A stretch of 63,592 nt of DNA, filler included, from Octopus bimaculoides (Eukaryota): assembly GCF_001194135.2 (NCBI RefSeq). It is 6 parts of 6 records of this genome, joined end to end, with 100 filler letters (N's around TTAATTAATTAA, not from the genome) between each part and the next. Parts side by side here need not be neighbours in the genome. Positions count along the whole stretch, not along the records: positions 1 to 23,166 come from NC_068998.1; positions 23,267 to 42,647 come from NC_068987.1; 4 more parts are not named here. The stretch is one strand, 5' to 3'. Shown piece after piece: positions 13,401-24,975 of this stretch. Numbering within the stretch: position 1 is the stretch's first letter; every line of letters starts with the position of its first letter. A program made the translations under genes and the position numbers. The notes below the pieces were generated by a model. That model was not told the origin of the DNA and made no database searches. It worked only from the letters and a program-made list of their open reading frames with translations.

Positions 13401-13829
13401 GGGAATATTACAAATTTATTTACAGGTAGTTTCAATTTAAGAAGGGGTGGACAAGATGTTCTAAAATTTAAGGAAAGAAGTTATCAAAAAAAAATATGTA
13501 AGGAAACTTACATGATTATTAAATGACAGTACCTATGTTAACAAAGTAAACTCAAGTAAATGTATCCAAAACATTACAGTAGGGTGCTTAAGAAAGTTTA
13601 GTCACAGAAATATTACCGAGAATCCCACCTATTATCCACAATGAGGCAAGTTGAAGTCCAGCAGTCTCTACAGTTGAATTAATTCATTGTTATTAAACCT
13701 CATCATAAATATATATCATTTTATATTTTTAATTGTATAAATCAAACAAACTCATGAACCTTACATGTTTGTAATGTCCTGTGCTGTCACCTGTATGTTG
13801 GAGTATTTTATCATAAGAAAGAATAAATC
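10449..13829 (+). mobile_element. Tx1/L1-type LINE copy 2 (ORF1 + endonuclease relic), tandem to copy 1
   Basis: Near-identical 5'UTR/ORF1 to copy 1; EN motifs VAVYAP, VVQGDFNTILD, SYLDRII, GSGYWKMN (12090-12950); same 3' terminus AAAGAATAAATC. Confidence 0.85.
13010..13395. mobile_element. hAT MITE nested in Tx1 copy 2
   Basis: TAGGAGTCGGCAACCT / AGGTTGCCCATGCCTG termini; flanks ATCTAGAG / GTTTAGGG resemble a decayed 8-bp TSD. Confidence 0.75.
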
Positions 13830-14340
13830 TCCGCCTTTGGTTGAAAAGATCGACCACAGGATTTATTGTTTGTAAGTACTTATTCTATCAGTATCTTTTG
13901 CCGAACCATTAAATTATGGGAACGTAAACACAGCAACATCAGTTGTCAAGCAATAGTAAGGGTACAATCACAGACAGACACACACACACACACACAAATA
14001 TATGAGTCTTCTTTCTACACAGACACACATACATACATATATACACAAACATAAATATACATACATAAATGAAGTATACATTATATTGTCTTTGAGCTTT
14101 TAAAGTTCAATGGTAATCCATGTAGATAATAGTTGGAAAAATAAAGATGCATGAAATTGAGAGTTGTGTTAGGTTTAAAAAAAGAAAAGGGGCTAAAGGT
14201 TTATGTGTTAAGCAGGAAGTGTGGTGTCAAAACAGGAAGTGTGTGTAAGGGAAGACAAATCTGTGGGTTTTATACTCTTTACTTGGAGTTATGGACTCTT
14301 TGTCAATAGGAAGTTTATATCTGTTCCTAGAGAAATATGG

Positions 14341-14800
14341 TCACTGAGGGGTTTGTGTGATAAGAAGTGGTTGGAATTTCTCTATGAAAAGATTCTCCTT
14401 GTTGATTCTTTCTTGTGTGGAGATTCTGTCTTTACATTGATAGAAAGGGAATATAAGGAATTTAGGGTTCTTGTTTCTGAAGCAAGAGTCTATGTGGCCA
14501 CTGAGTGGAATTTGGCGGTGTTGAGGGAGATTTATTTGTTCTTTATGGACTGCTACTCTTCTACACAACAGGGAGGCTCGTCTGTCCGATATAGTAGTGT
14601 TGGCAACCTGCGCATGTGAGGACATAAATGAGGTTCCCAGAGGAACAAGAGAAATTGGTTTTCATTTTAAACTTTGTTCCTCGTTTGAAGGTAAATTTAG
14701 AGCCTTCAAGTAGGTAGGGACAGGTACCACAATTAGGGCGTGCACATTTTTTAACTGATGGGGGTGGAAGTGGTGTGTGTAGTTTGGCATTGGTTAAGAG
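14341..14800 (-). mobile_element. Penelope-like element, GIY-YIG endonuclease C-terminus (frameshifted)
   Basis: CARPNCGTC..FSCSSGNLIYVLTCAGCQHYYIGQT, continuing in another frame as R..H..I..H...KENLFIEKFQP. Confidence 0.88.
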
Positions 14801-15754
14801 TTTTTTCAAAGATTTGTGTTGCATTTATATATATATATAAACATACATATATACATACATTTTATATTTACTTCTTTACTTTTATATTTACCACCCTTCT
14901 CCAACCCTTCTAAATAGTCTATATGCATCTTACTTTACTATCCGGATTTTTTCTTATTGTTTCTTATATTACCCCCCCCCCCGATTTAACTTCTATTATT
15001 TTGTATTAGTACTTGTGTATTTTTTTATATTGTTTTCTTCGTATTTTATATTGTTTTAACCTCCAACTTCTTCCTTTTTTGGACCCTCTCCTTCTAGCTC
15101 ATATAAGCTAGCATTGTTTATTTAGCATTCACTCTACCCTGAATTGTGGCACAATCTGGACAGATTTCGGAATACCAATGAGCTTTTATGTAAACGATAA
15201 AGATATTACAATGTATATTACAATGGACAATACCAAGTGGACTTCCATTTTTTATCTGTTTCTCTCTCTTTTACTTTTTTCTTGGTGACTTCTTCTTTGT
15301 GATATAACACTTGGGAAAGAATATATTTGCAGCTTTATACCATCCTGTCTATCAATTATATACCAATATAATGATGCAACGACTATAAAGCTTGAAACAC
15401 GTGTACCGCGGAATCCTTTGTGTTCTGTTTTCATTTTTACGTTTTCAATTTATATACATACATATATATATACACACACACACATATATATATATATACA
15501 CACATATAGATGAATACGTATGCACACACACACTCATATATATATATATAAATAATATATAATTATATGCATATATGCATACATATATGTACATACCTAC
15601 ATCTATATGTATACATACAAGCATATATGGGTACAGGACATTAAAAAAATGCTAAATATATATATATATAGATCTATATATATATATTGCACCAGTCCTC
15701 AGTCAAATCGTCCAACCCATGCTAGCATGGAAAGCGGACGTTAAACGATGATGA

Positions 15755-15800
<46 letters not shown>

Positions 15801-15847
15801 AGATATATACATACATACACAGACATATATACTAGTTATTATTATTA

Positions 15848-17562
15848 TTATTTAATTGAACGCCATGCATCCATTTCCAAATAAGTTTATCTTACCCTTT
15901 TTGATGTGACTCTACTCTGTACTGTTTTCTCCCCTTCACCGTTTTCTATCTGCCTCTCTCTCAGTGCTCACACATGACCATCATCCATCATTCTTTTCCT
16001 TATGTGACCATCGTTCTTTTTCTCCACGACGTCCTAAGGACTGGATGCCTTCTATCTCTCTCTTCTATATTTTATCTTTTCAAAGAAAATATTTCTCACA
16101 GCATTCACTATTTTCTCCTCTTCTGGTCTATCAACCCTCCATGTTTGTTTTTGTTTGGTTTCCTTGTATGTCTATATGGTCTTGTTTTTGTTCCCAACTT
16201 TGACCTGTACTCATATATATCTATATATATTATTTATATTATTGTCGAACTGAATGCTATGCATCCATTTCCAAGTTTATCTTAACCTTTTTGATGCAAC
16301 TTTATACTGTTTTCTCCCCCATCCTTCTCTAATTCCCTTTTCTTCCCTTCACCATTTTGCATCTGTCTCTCTTGTTGCTCACACATGACCATAGTCCATC
16401 TTTCTTTTCCTTCACAACGTCTTAGGGACTGGACGTCTTCTATCTCTCTCTTCTGTCTTTTCTCTTTTCAAAGAAAATATTTCTCTCAGCGTTCACTTTT
16501 TTCTCCTCGTTCTAATCTAACGACCCTCCATGTTTGTTTTCAATCAGTTTCCTTGTATGTCTACACTGTCCTGCTTTTGTTCCCAACTTTGACCCTCCAC
16601 AAATCCAAAATTTTATTTTGGTATTTATGGGAGCAACTGTCTTCGAAGACTCATAATGTCGTTCAATGCACGAAATGAGAAGTAGGTAGACAGAGGACAA
16701 CTGAAGGGTCGTTCTTTATGTTACTTGTCCTGTTTTACATTTGTTTCTCTCGTTGTTTACATATTTAACTCATTTGGTTTTGTATTTCATGTTGTTTACT
16801 GTTGGTGATGTCCTGTACTCATATATGCACACACACACACACATATATATATATAGATACACACACACATACGTAGGCGTAGGAATGGCTGTGAGGTGTA
16901 GGAGTGGCTGTGTGGTAAGTAGCTTGCTTACGAACCACATGGTTCCGGGTTCAGTTCCACTGCGTGGCACCTTGGGCAAGTGTCTTCTACTATAGCCTTG
17001 AGCTGACCAAAGCCTTGTGAGTGGATTTGGTAGACGGAAACTGAAAGAAGCCTGTTGTATATGTGTATATATATATGTATGTGTGTGTGTTTGTCCCTCC
17101 AGCATCGCTTGACAACCAATGCTGGTGTGTTTACGTCCCTGTAACTTAGCTGTTCAGCAAAAGAGATTGATAGAATAAGTACTAGACATAGAAAGAATAA
17201 GACCTGGGGTCGACTTGCTTGACCAAAAGGCAGTGCTCCAGCATGGCCACAGTCAAATGATTGAAACAAGTAAAAGAGTATACATATGTATCATTTATAT
17301 CATTATCTAATTGAATGCTACGCATCCATTTTCAATTGAGTTTATCTTAACCTTTTTGATGCAACTCTATACTGTTTTTTCCCTCGTCCTTCTCTAATAC
17401 CCTTTTTCTCCCCTTCATCGTTTTCTACCTGTCTCTCTCTCTCTCTCTCCTCTTTCTCTTTTGTGCTGTTTTCCATTTTTTCTCACGTTGTTTATGTATT
17501 TAATTCATCTGTTTTTGTATTTCATGTTGTTTACTGTTGGTGAAGTCCTGTACTCATATATG
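15848..17562. repeat. Local tandem array of about 360-390-bp pyrimidine-rich units
   Basis: 15848-16206 is similar to 16242-16596; partial third unit 17300-17460; 16745-16830 is similar to 17483-17562. Confidence 0.8.
16874..17280 (+). mobile_element. Composite SINE B+C with a duplicated 5' head
   Basis: GGCGTAGGAATGGCTGTGAGG followed by GTAGGAGTGGCTGTGTGG; full B, microsatellite, then C tail ending ACAAGTAAAAGAG. Confidence 0.9.
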
Positions 17563-17577
17563 CATATATATATATTG

Positions 17578-17900
17578 ATGGCACTCCACTGGTTGGGATG
17601 ACGAGGGTTCCAGTTGATCCAATCGATGGAACAGCCTGCTTGTGGAATTAACGTGCAAGTGGCTGAGCACTTCACAGATATGTGTACCCTTAATGTAGTT
17701 CTCAGAGATTCAGCATGACACAGTTTGTGACAAGGCTGGCCCTTTTGAATACAGGTACAACAGAAACAGGAAGAGCCTCATGGAGCTTTAGGTGTTTTCA
17801 TTCAATAAACACTCACAACGTCCGGTCTGGGAATCAAAACCGTGATCCTACAACTGAGAGTTCGCCGCCCTAACCACTGGGCCAATGCGCCTCCACCTAT
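17578..17900 (-). mobile_element. tRNA-derived SINE family F
   Basis: Minus-strand head GGAGGCGCATTGGCCCAGTGGTTAGGGCGG...GATTCCCAGACCGG; internally deleted copy at 31872-32010. Confidence 0.8.
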
Positions 17901-17905
17901 ATTAT

Positions 17906-17946
<41 letters not shown>

Positions 17947-17984
17947 CAAACATATATAAATACATACAGATACATAATGAAAGT

Positions 17985-18240
17985 AATTGAAATTGAAACC
18001 ATATAATAGTGAAAGTATTAATAGAGTTGTTGTTTCACTTTTGACACATAATATGGAAACAGTATAAAAGATAAGAGATTGCTCCAAGCTTGCATTAAGT
18101 AAGAAGTTGAAAATTGTTTTGGCCCATGACACTGCATGGACCCTAAGTAAGGCATGTGCAAAATTTGAATGAAATCCGCTGGGTAGTTTTCAAGTTTTAG
18201 TGATGCACACATACAAACACACATTCTCAGTTTTATATAT
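17985..18240 (-). mobile_element. Helitron-like 5' fragment (second copy at 20955-21230 on +)
   Basis: TATATAAAACTGAGAA..TGTGT.. start and about 250 bp shared with 20955-21230. Confidence 0.7.
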
Positions 18241-18241
18241 A

Positions 18242-19702
18242 CCAGCAGGCGTACCTGGCATTGCCTGGCACTGTTTGTTAAGTATGTTTGTTAAGTTTGG
18301 TTTTTAGACCATTCACAGATGCACCTCTAAACTGAATGAAAGAAATCATGGCAGATGTTCCCTGCGTTGTTTGATTTATTTAGCGCAATAATGAACATGC
18401 AGAGTCATACGCCCACACCACTGTCATTGTTTTCCATTGGTATAGTAGGTCGATCTGTAAAAAACCGGCAGTAATTGAGTTTATTTTCCTTACCACATAA
18501 CTGCTGACATGTGCTGCTTAACAGATGGAAAGGTTGAGCCTAAAGATATGACATAAAGAGAAATAGTATGTTTACCTGTTGTTTTGCTGGGTTGCACATA
18601 CAACATTATCTGAACAAAATATTTGACGTGTGGCCTGTGCAAAAAAGATGAAAAGTGTAGTATCTGTTGCCTACCTCACAATTGAGGGCACTTAACAGAG
18701 AGCATACTGGGAAGATTACGCTAATGAAATAAATAAGGTAACAAGGGTATGGTTACCTGATATTTTCCTGTTTGCCGCATAGAGCAACATCCCTTGTTGT
18801 CTTTCCCCTGTGGTCTCAGTTGCTGCAACATCTCTTGTAACTCTATCTGTGCGATGTGTTGCAGTCTCTGCAGCTCGTGCAACAGCAGCTGAGGAAGCAT
18901 CTCTTGTAAGTCGATCTGCGCATTGTGCTGCAGACTCTGAAGCTTGTACAGCAGCAGTAGAGGAAGCATTTCTTGTTTGGCGTGCTGAACGTTGCTCGTT
19001 GCGCAGCAATACGTGCTAACCCGTCACAACACTGCTCTTCACTTTCCCTTCTTTGCGCTGAAGCCATCCTAAGTCCATTGAGAGAGTTCCTCCTGGCAGC
19101 GTCCTTGGCAGATTCATTTGCATGTATACGTTTATATTTCTTTGCAGCATTTGTTTGCCAACCTATATTGGATCTTTTGCGTCAAGGCATAGTGAAAAAT
19201 TATCAGTTTACACAATAGAAAAAGTCCTAAGGAAAAAGCGGTGAATGTGTAGCACCCCAAAAATAGTAAAACACACCGAATTAAGGATTTTTAATTTTGG
19301 ATAAGAGTTTTGGAGTGGCTAGTTTAAGTTGGAATAATTATATGACAAAGAGTGCTCAAGTGAAAACAGGCAAATTGTGACTCACAAATGAATATTGCTG
19401 GCAGTACTGTGCAAGCAATCTATAAGAGCTCGCCACAGCTGACAAAGTAAAGTACTGATTTTTTCCAGCTGGGTGTGTGTCACGTTCTTTTCGCTGGTTC
19501 AAGCCAAATCCTAGGGAATTGAGAGCAGTGTATTTATGTTGGGGGCACAGAATTTCGAGGAAAAAATTATAAGAAAAAGCGTCCTAAATCAAAGAGAGCA
19601 CACATGTCAAATTTGGTGAAATTCAGTTAAAAATTGTAGGAGTAGAAGTGTTTCACACAACACACACATACAGACAGACAACTTGCCTTTTAATATACAA
19701 GA
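18242..19702 (-). mobile_element. Non-autonomous Helitron carrying a decayed ORF with 23-aa STPR-like repeats
   Basis: A|TCTTGTATATTAAAAGG 5' end at 19702; CCAGGCAATGCCAGG subterminal motif and CTGG|T 3' end at 18242; 69-bp periodicity at 18829/18898/18967. Confidence 0.8.
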
Positions 19703-19712
19703 TAGATATATA

Positions 19713-20597
19713 TGAGGTGGTATTAAAAAGTTCCCAGATTAGTTCTGTAGTGCACCAACAGATAGCAGCAAAAGGTTGCGTGTGCAGTAAGAGCTAACAG
19801 TGACCTTCATGAGGGAGTGTACTAAGTGGCATCGCAGTGTTTACTTAGCAAGTTGTAAAATTTCTGTTTTTGTGATCATGTGAGCTGTAGTCTGCAATTT
19901 TATCAAGGACAAGAACAAAGAGCCAATGCAAAATTTTGCGTTAAATTTGAGAAGTCTGCTACAGAGACATTTAGCATGCTTCAGCAAGCTTACAGTGATG
20001 AGGCAATGAGTCGTACGCAATGTTTTGAGTGGCTTGGGTGCTTTAAAAGCAGAAGCAATGAGCGGTTTGGAAGACCTGCTGTGAGCATCTCCCCTGGAAG
20101 TGTGGTATTCTGCATCCAGAATTTGTTCCCAGGGCCAGACCATTAATCAAGAGGTCTACTGCAACATTTTGAAGAGGGTGAACACTTAGCGAAAGCAACT
20201 GGATCTGTGGAGCATTAAGAATTGTATTTTTCAACAATACACCCCATCACCAAGCTCTCCTCATTTGTGAGTTTCTCACCAGAAACAACAGGGTATAACT
20301 TCCACACCCACCCTTTTCACCGGATTTTGCACTTGTGGACTTCCAACTCTCCCCCAAAATGAAAATGCAGCTAAAAGGTTGCAATTTTTATATCGTTGTC
20401 AAGATCCAGAGTAAATTGCAGAAGGTCCTCGACTCACGGAAAGCAACTTCAAGGCCAGATTGCAAAAGTGGCAGGAGTGTGGGATCAGTGTATTGCTGCG
20501 CAAGGCGACTACTTTGAAGGAGATATTAAAACTTAGGTAAAATAAGTTATTTTTTTATTAAATATAACTAGGCCTGGAATATTTTGATACCACCTCG
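19713..20597 (+). mobile_element. Mariner element, internally deleted
   Basis: TIRs TGAGGTGGTATTAAAAAGTTCC / GGAATATTTTGATACCACCTCG; HTH EQRANAKFCVKFEKSATETF..AYSDEAMSR..FEW; HPPFSPDF..DFQL.PKMKMQLKG. Confidence 0.9.
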
Positions 20598-20604
20598 TTT
20601 GTGT

Positions 20605-20693
<89 letters not shown>

Positions 20694-20819
20694 CATACAC
20701 ACACACACAGTGTGATCACATAATCCACCAGGCTATCAAATGTTGTTACACATCGCTGGTCACAATGTGTTTTGCATTATTTTACCCTTCAAATGGTGCC
20801 ACCCCTGGTTAGGTGACTA

Positions 20820-20935
20820 AAAGGGGGACTGGAGCAACATGAAATGAAGTGTTTTGCTGAAGAACGTAATGCGCCACCCAGTCAGGGCATCAAACCCACA
20901 ATCTAGTGATCATGAGTGCAAGTCTACTCACTGAT
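20820..20935 (-). mobile_element. SINE family E fragment (other copies 31440-31565 on -, 51610-51900 on +)
   Basis: Similar to TTGAGCAAGACACTTTATTTCATGTTGTTCCAG at 51680. Confidence 0.65.
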
Positions 20936-21426
20936 TCACAGATGCACATAAACATCTATGTGTATATAAAACTGAGAACGTGTGTATGTCTGTGTGTGTG
21001 TACCATTAAAACTTGAGAGCTACCCAACCGATTTCATTCAAATTTTACACATGCCTTATTTAGGGCCCATAAAGTGTCATGGGCGAAAAAAAAAATTCAA
21101 CTTCTTGCCTGTGAGCCCGGAGCAATCTCTTATCTCATACACTATTTCAGTATTATGTGTCAAAAGTGAAACAATAACATCTCTATTGTAATGTAAGATA
21201 ATACTTTCATTATTGATACTGAAACTATTATCTCACATATATATGCATGTGTATATGTGTACATACATCTGCACATATGTGACGCACATGGGATAATTTT
21301 GAGGAGGGATGCGGAACTCACTAGTCGATAAATTTGTAGATGCTGATTTTTTCTTATGTGATATTTGATGTCACCTGGTCAGATATGCATAAGTATATTA
21401 ACATTTTTAGATTTATAATTTTGTAT

Positions 21427-21484
21427 ATCATGCAGATGAGTGGAAAGAAATTTTATATTCTAATCACGAAACGTTGTACATGAT
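21427..21484 (+). ncRNA. Minimal type-I hammerhead ribozyme-like motif
   Basis: ATCATG-CAGATGA-GTG..CAC-GAAA-C-GTT-G-TA-CATGAT: 6-bp stem I, stem II, short stem III, GUA cleavage triplet; one core deviation (U4 to A). Confidence 0.6.
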
Positions 21485-21779
21485 TAACTAACGGCAGGTT
21501 TGTTTTCGTTTATTTTCTCTTCCATTTCGTTCTATGTGTGCCATAAATATTGCCATCCGTTGGAGAAAAAATTGTAGTTAGAATTAGTAGTTCTTTAACT
21601 GCTATTTCTAAATTTTCAGTATGTTGGTGAAGCAACTCCTGCTGATCCCTATATGTTTATAATTATAAATGATTTACCGATAAAAGGTTTTTTTGCATAC
21701 TGAATTACTTGGCAAAATTGTGAATTATTAATTTTATTAATTAATTGGCAATTCCCTGCCCTATATCTATATATAAGGA

Positions 21780-23166
21780 CAATTCACAAAAAAAAACAAA
21801 AGACAAAGACAGGTGGTGTAGAAAACAAACAGATGTATTAGTATAANNNNNNNNNNNNNNNNNNNNNNNNNNNNNNNNNNNNNNNNNNNNNNNNNNNNNN
21901 NNNNNNNNNNNNNNNNNNNNNNNNNNNNNNNNNNNNNNNNNNNNNNNNNNNNNNGTTGATGATGAAGTAGGGAAGGTGGGTATGAGAGAAGAGAGAAAGA
22001 GAGTAGGGGTGAAGAGAAGTAGGAGTCAGAGTAAAAGAGGAAAGATGGGTGGGAGGAAGCAGGAGGGAGGGGGAGAGAGGCAAGGGGAGGAGGTTAGATG
22101 AAGAGGGGAGGCGAGTTGAGCCCATGTGGCACAAAGGAGCGAAGAGAGAAGATTAATCCCTGTTCACAGCGCAAACGGGAGTCCAGATGGCCCCTGTGCA
22201 AAGACAATCCGAACACGGACAGGTATTGCAAAAAGTGACTGGTAGAGCGGAAATGGCGTGAGACCAGGATGTCATTGCTGAGGCGGATGTCTCGGAGGTG
22301 TTCTGCGAACCGGTCAGCCAAGCGGTGTCCCGTTTGTCTGATGTACAGAGAATGGCAGAGAGAGCAGGAGATGCAATAGATGATATTGGTAGAAGTACAG
22401 GTGAAGGAGTCGGTGATGTGATAGGGCGGGTTCAGGGGAAGAGAGCCGATGCACGATCCATGGAAAGTGCTCTGGCAAGGGCGGTGTGGATAGTGGTGAG
22501 GGGTTATGCACATAGGATGAAGTGGAAAGCCATGTGTTGAGACTGAGTCTCAAAGTCATGGTCGTCACTACAGAGCCTGCGTACACGGAGGAATTGGGAA
22601 TAGGAGATGGAAAGCTTGGTGTGTTTAGGGTGGGAGCAGGAGAATTTGAGGTATGAGTGTGAGTCTGTGTGTTTGTAGTGGATGGAGGTGGTAAGAGTGG
22701 AGTGATGAATGCTGACTGAAATGTCAAGAAAGGAGACAGAGGTGTCAGAGATAGTGCAGGAGAAGTGGAGGGCAGGATGGAAAGATTTGACAAAAGAGAA
22801 GAAGGAGTCTAGATGTTCATGGGAGAGTGAAGTTGCACCGATACAGTCCTCAATATAATGGCCATATAGTTCAGGAGTGGGACCAGTGAAACTTGAGAAT
22901 ATTTGGGCCTCAACGTAGCCAACGAACAGGTTCGCATAGTTGAGGCCCATTCTCGTTACCATGGCCACTAACGAGACCTGCTGGTAGGAATCGCCCACGA
23001 ATGAGAAGCAGTTAAGTGAGAGGACAAGTTTGGCCAGATGAACAAGTGTGGAGGTGTTGGGGGTTGGGTTGGGTTGGAGGTCAAGTGCACGCAGCCCCTC
23101 GTGGTGAGGGATCACCGTGTAGAGGCTCTGGATGTCGAGGGTGAAGAGAAGTTTAGAGGGGCTAGA
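21780..23166 (-). mobile_element. Penelope-like element: RT + GIY-YIG + 3' pseudo-LTR region
   Basis: RT LSLNCFSF..YQQ..AMVTRMG.NYANLFVGYVE..Y.EDCIG (22504-23115); EN FTCTSTNIIYCISCSLC..LYI.QT..LADRF.EH (22094-22513). Confidence 0.92.
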
Positions 23167-23266
23167 NNNNNNNNNNNNNNNNNNNNNNNNNNNNNNNNNN
23201 NNNNNNNNNNTTAATTAATTAANNNNNNNNNNNNNNNNNNNNNNNNNNNNNNNNNNNNNNNNNNNN
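23167..23266. other. Assembly linker N44-TTAATTAATTAA-N44 (similar islands at about 42692, 50722, 59288, 62171)
   Basis: Identical 12-mer, with stops in all six frames, centred in N gaps five times. Confidence 0.9.
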
Positions 23267-23329
23267 TATATATGCATATGTATATATGTTAAGCATGTAT
23301 GTATGTATATATTGCATCTATATCTTTTA

Positions 23330-23670
23330 TCTTTTACTTGTTTCAGTCATTGGATTGCGGCCATGCTGGGGTACCGCCCTTAAAGAATTTTTAGTCCAAT
23401 GAATTAACCCGAATACCTTTCTCTTAAAAAGTACTTGTACTTATTCTATCGGTCTCATATACGGAACCACAAAATGTGGTGGTGGGGCATAAGCACAAAT
23501 GTACCCCCCCCACACACACACACATACACATACGCACGCACGCACACGCACACAGACACACACATGTTTCCATCTAACACTACCGCTCACAAGGCTTTAC
23601 ATGCCCTGGGACTGTAATAGAAGATACTTGCCCAAGGCGTCACGCAGTGACACTGAACCACAGTATAGCC
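23330..23670 (-). mobile_element. Degenerate composite SINE B+C
   Basis: TTACTTGTTTCAGTCATT..GCGGCCATGCTG, then CCCAAGGCGTCACGCAGTGACACTGAACC. Confidence 0.75.
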
Positions 23671-23681
23671 ACACATATACG

Positions 23682-23722
<41 letters not shown>

Positions 23723-23822
23723 NNNNNNNNNNNNNNNNNNNNNNNNNNNNNNNNNNNNNNNNNNNNNNNNNNNNNNNNNNNNNNNNNNNNNNNNNNNNNN
23801 NNNNNNNNNNNNNNNNNNNNNN

Positions 23823-24120
23823 TACAGGGTGTCTCAAAAAGATGTACTCACTCTTTGACAGACGATTACTAACGTATTGTTTTTTGTGATGTACGGGCTT
23901 GCCTCGATGCAACAAATCCAAACAAATGGATTGGGAGGAGAGGTAGCGTTGAATTTCCCGAACGTTCCCCAGGCCTCACGCCAATGGATTTTTTTTTTTT
24001 TATGGGGACATCTCAAAGATAAGGTTTACGCTGCAAAACCAGTGACAATTGATGATTTGAAAAATTAAATTCGAATACAATGTCTTGCAATTCCAAATGA
24101 AATGTTTGACAATGTTTAAT
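23823..24120 (+). mobile_element. Tc1/mariner-type relic
   Basis: TACAGGGTGTCTCAAAAAG TIR; WIGRRGSVEFPERSPGLTPMDFF..WGHLKDKVY. Confidence 0.85.
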
Positions 24121-24942
24121 AAATACCAGTTCTTTTAGCTATAAACCTAATTTAGAATATAGAGGGTATAAGTACCCATTCCCCCACCATTACCATCACC
24201 CACTAAATTGAGCCTGGACCTGACACCTTAGCAATAGCTTTATTTGCAACTAACTTTACTTATCTACCTTGTTTAACTTAATTTCATTCTGGACCTAAAT
24301 TCAGTCAGCATGGGACTACTTCCATTTATTGGTGACCTCCTATTAGATTTGCTCAATTTCATGCCCCACCCCACCGTATAACAAAATTTAACATTTTAAT
24401 ATTAACTTCACACCTCTTTAGATTGCATTTGCTCGTACTTTGTATTGCAGTCGGAGCTTTCCTATGAACTATTATTGTTCTTAGCCATATTAATGCATGC
24501 GTGGAAGTGCAATCACGGTAGTCCCCATATGTGTGCACCCAAGCAAGGGTTGATATATCGACAATGTTAGTAATAATATTAATATAATAATATATATTAA
24601 GTATGATTGAGCAAACTGTAGTATGAACCTGCATCTGCAACAATAATAATAATAATTAGCAAGTAATTAAATTGTAATCATTTAATTAATTTGGGGATTT
24701 GTATTTTTACTTATTCATAGGACCACTAGGCTGAATGTATTTAGGAACGTTTAGCCAATTACTGTTTACTTTAAATCTGATTTCTGATAAACTCATGTTG
24801 ATCTTTGTCATTGCCTGTAACCTATAAGCATAATATGCTTGCAAATGTATGCCCAAGGGTAACATAGGTAATTATACCGGTAGTAAAGCGGATATTCTTA
24901 TCCCTTAGAAGGTTATTCCAGCTACTAACTCTACTAACCTTA

Positions 24943-24975
<33 letters not shown>

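Noticed and set aside
16031-16041. GTCC-TAA-GGAC as hammerhead stem II
   Set aside because: No CUGANGA or GAAA flanks on either strand
18973-19218. Hydrophobic plus-strand ORF
   Set aside because: Antisense shadow of the STPR-like Helitron ORF
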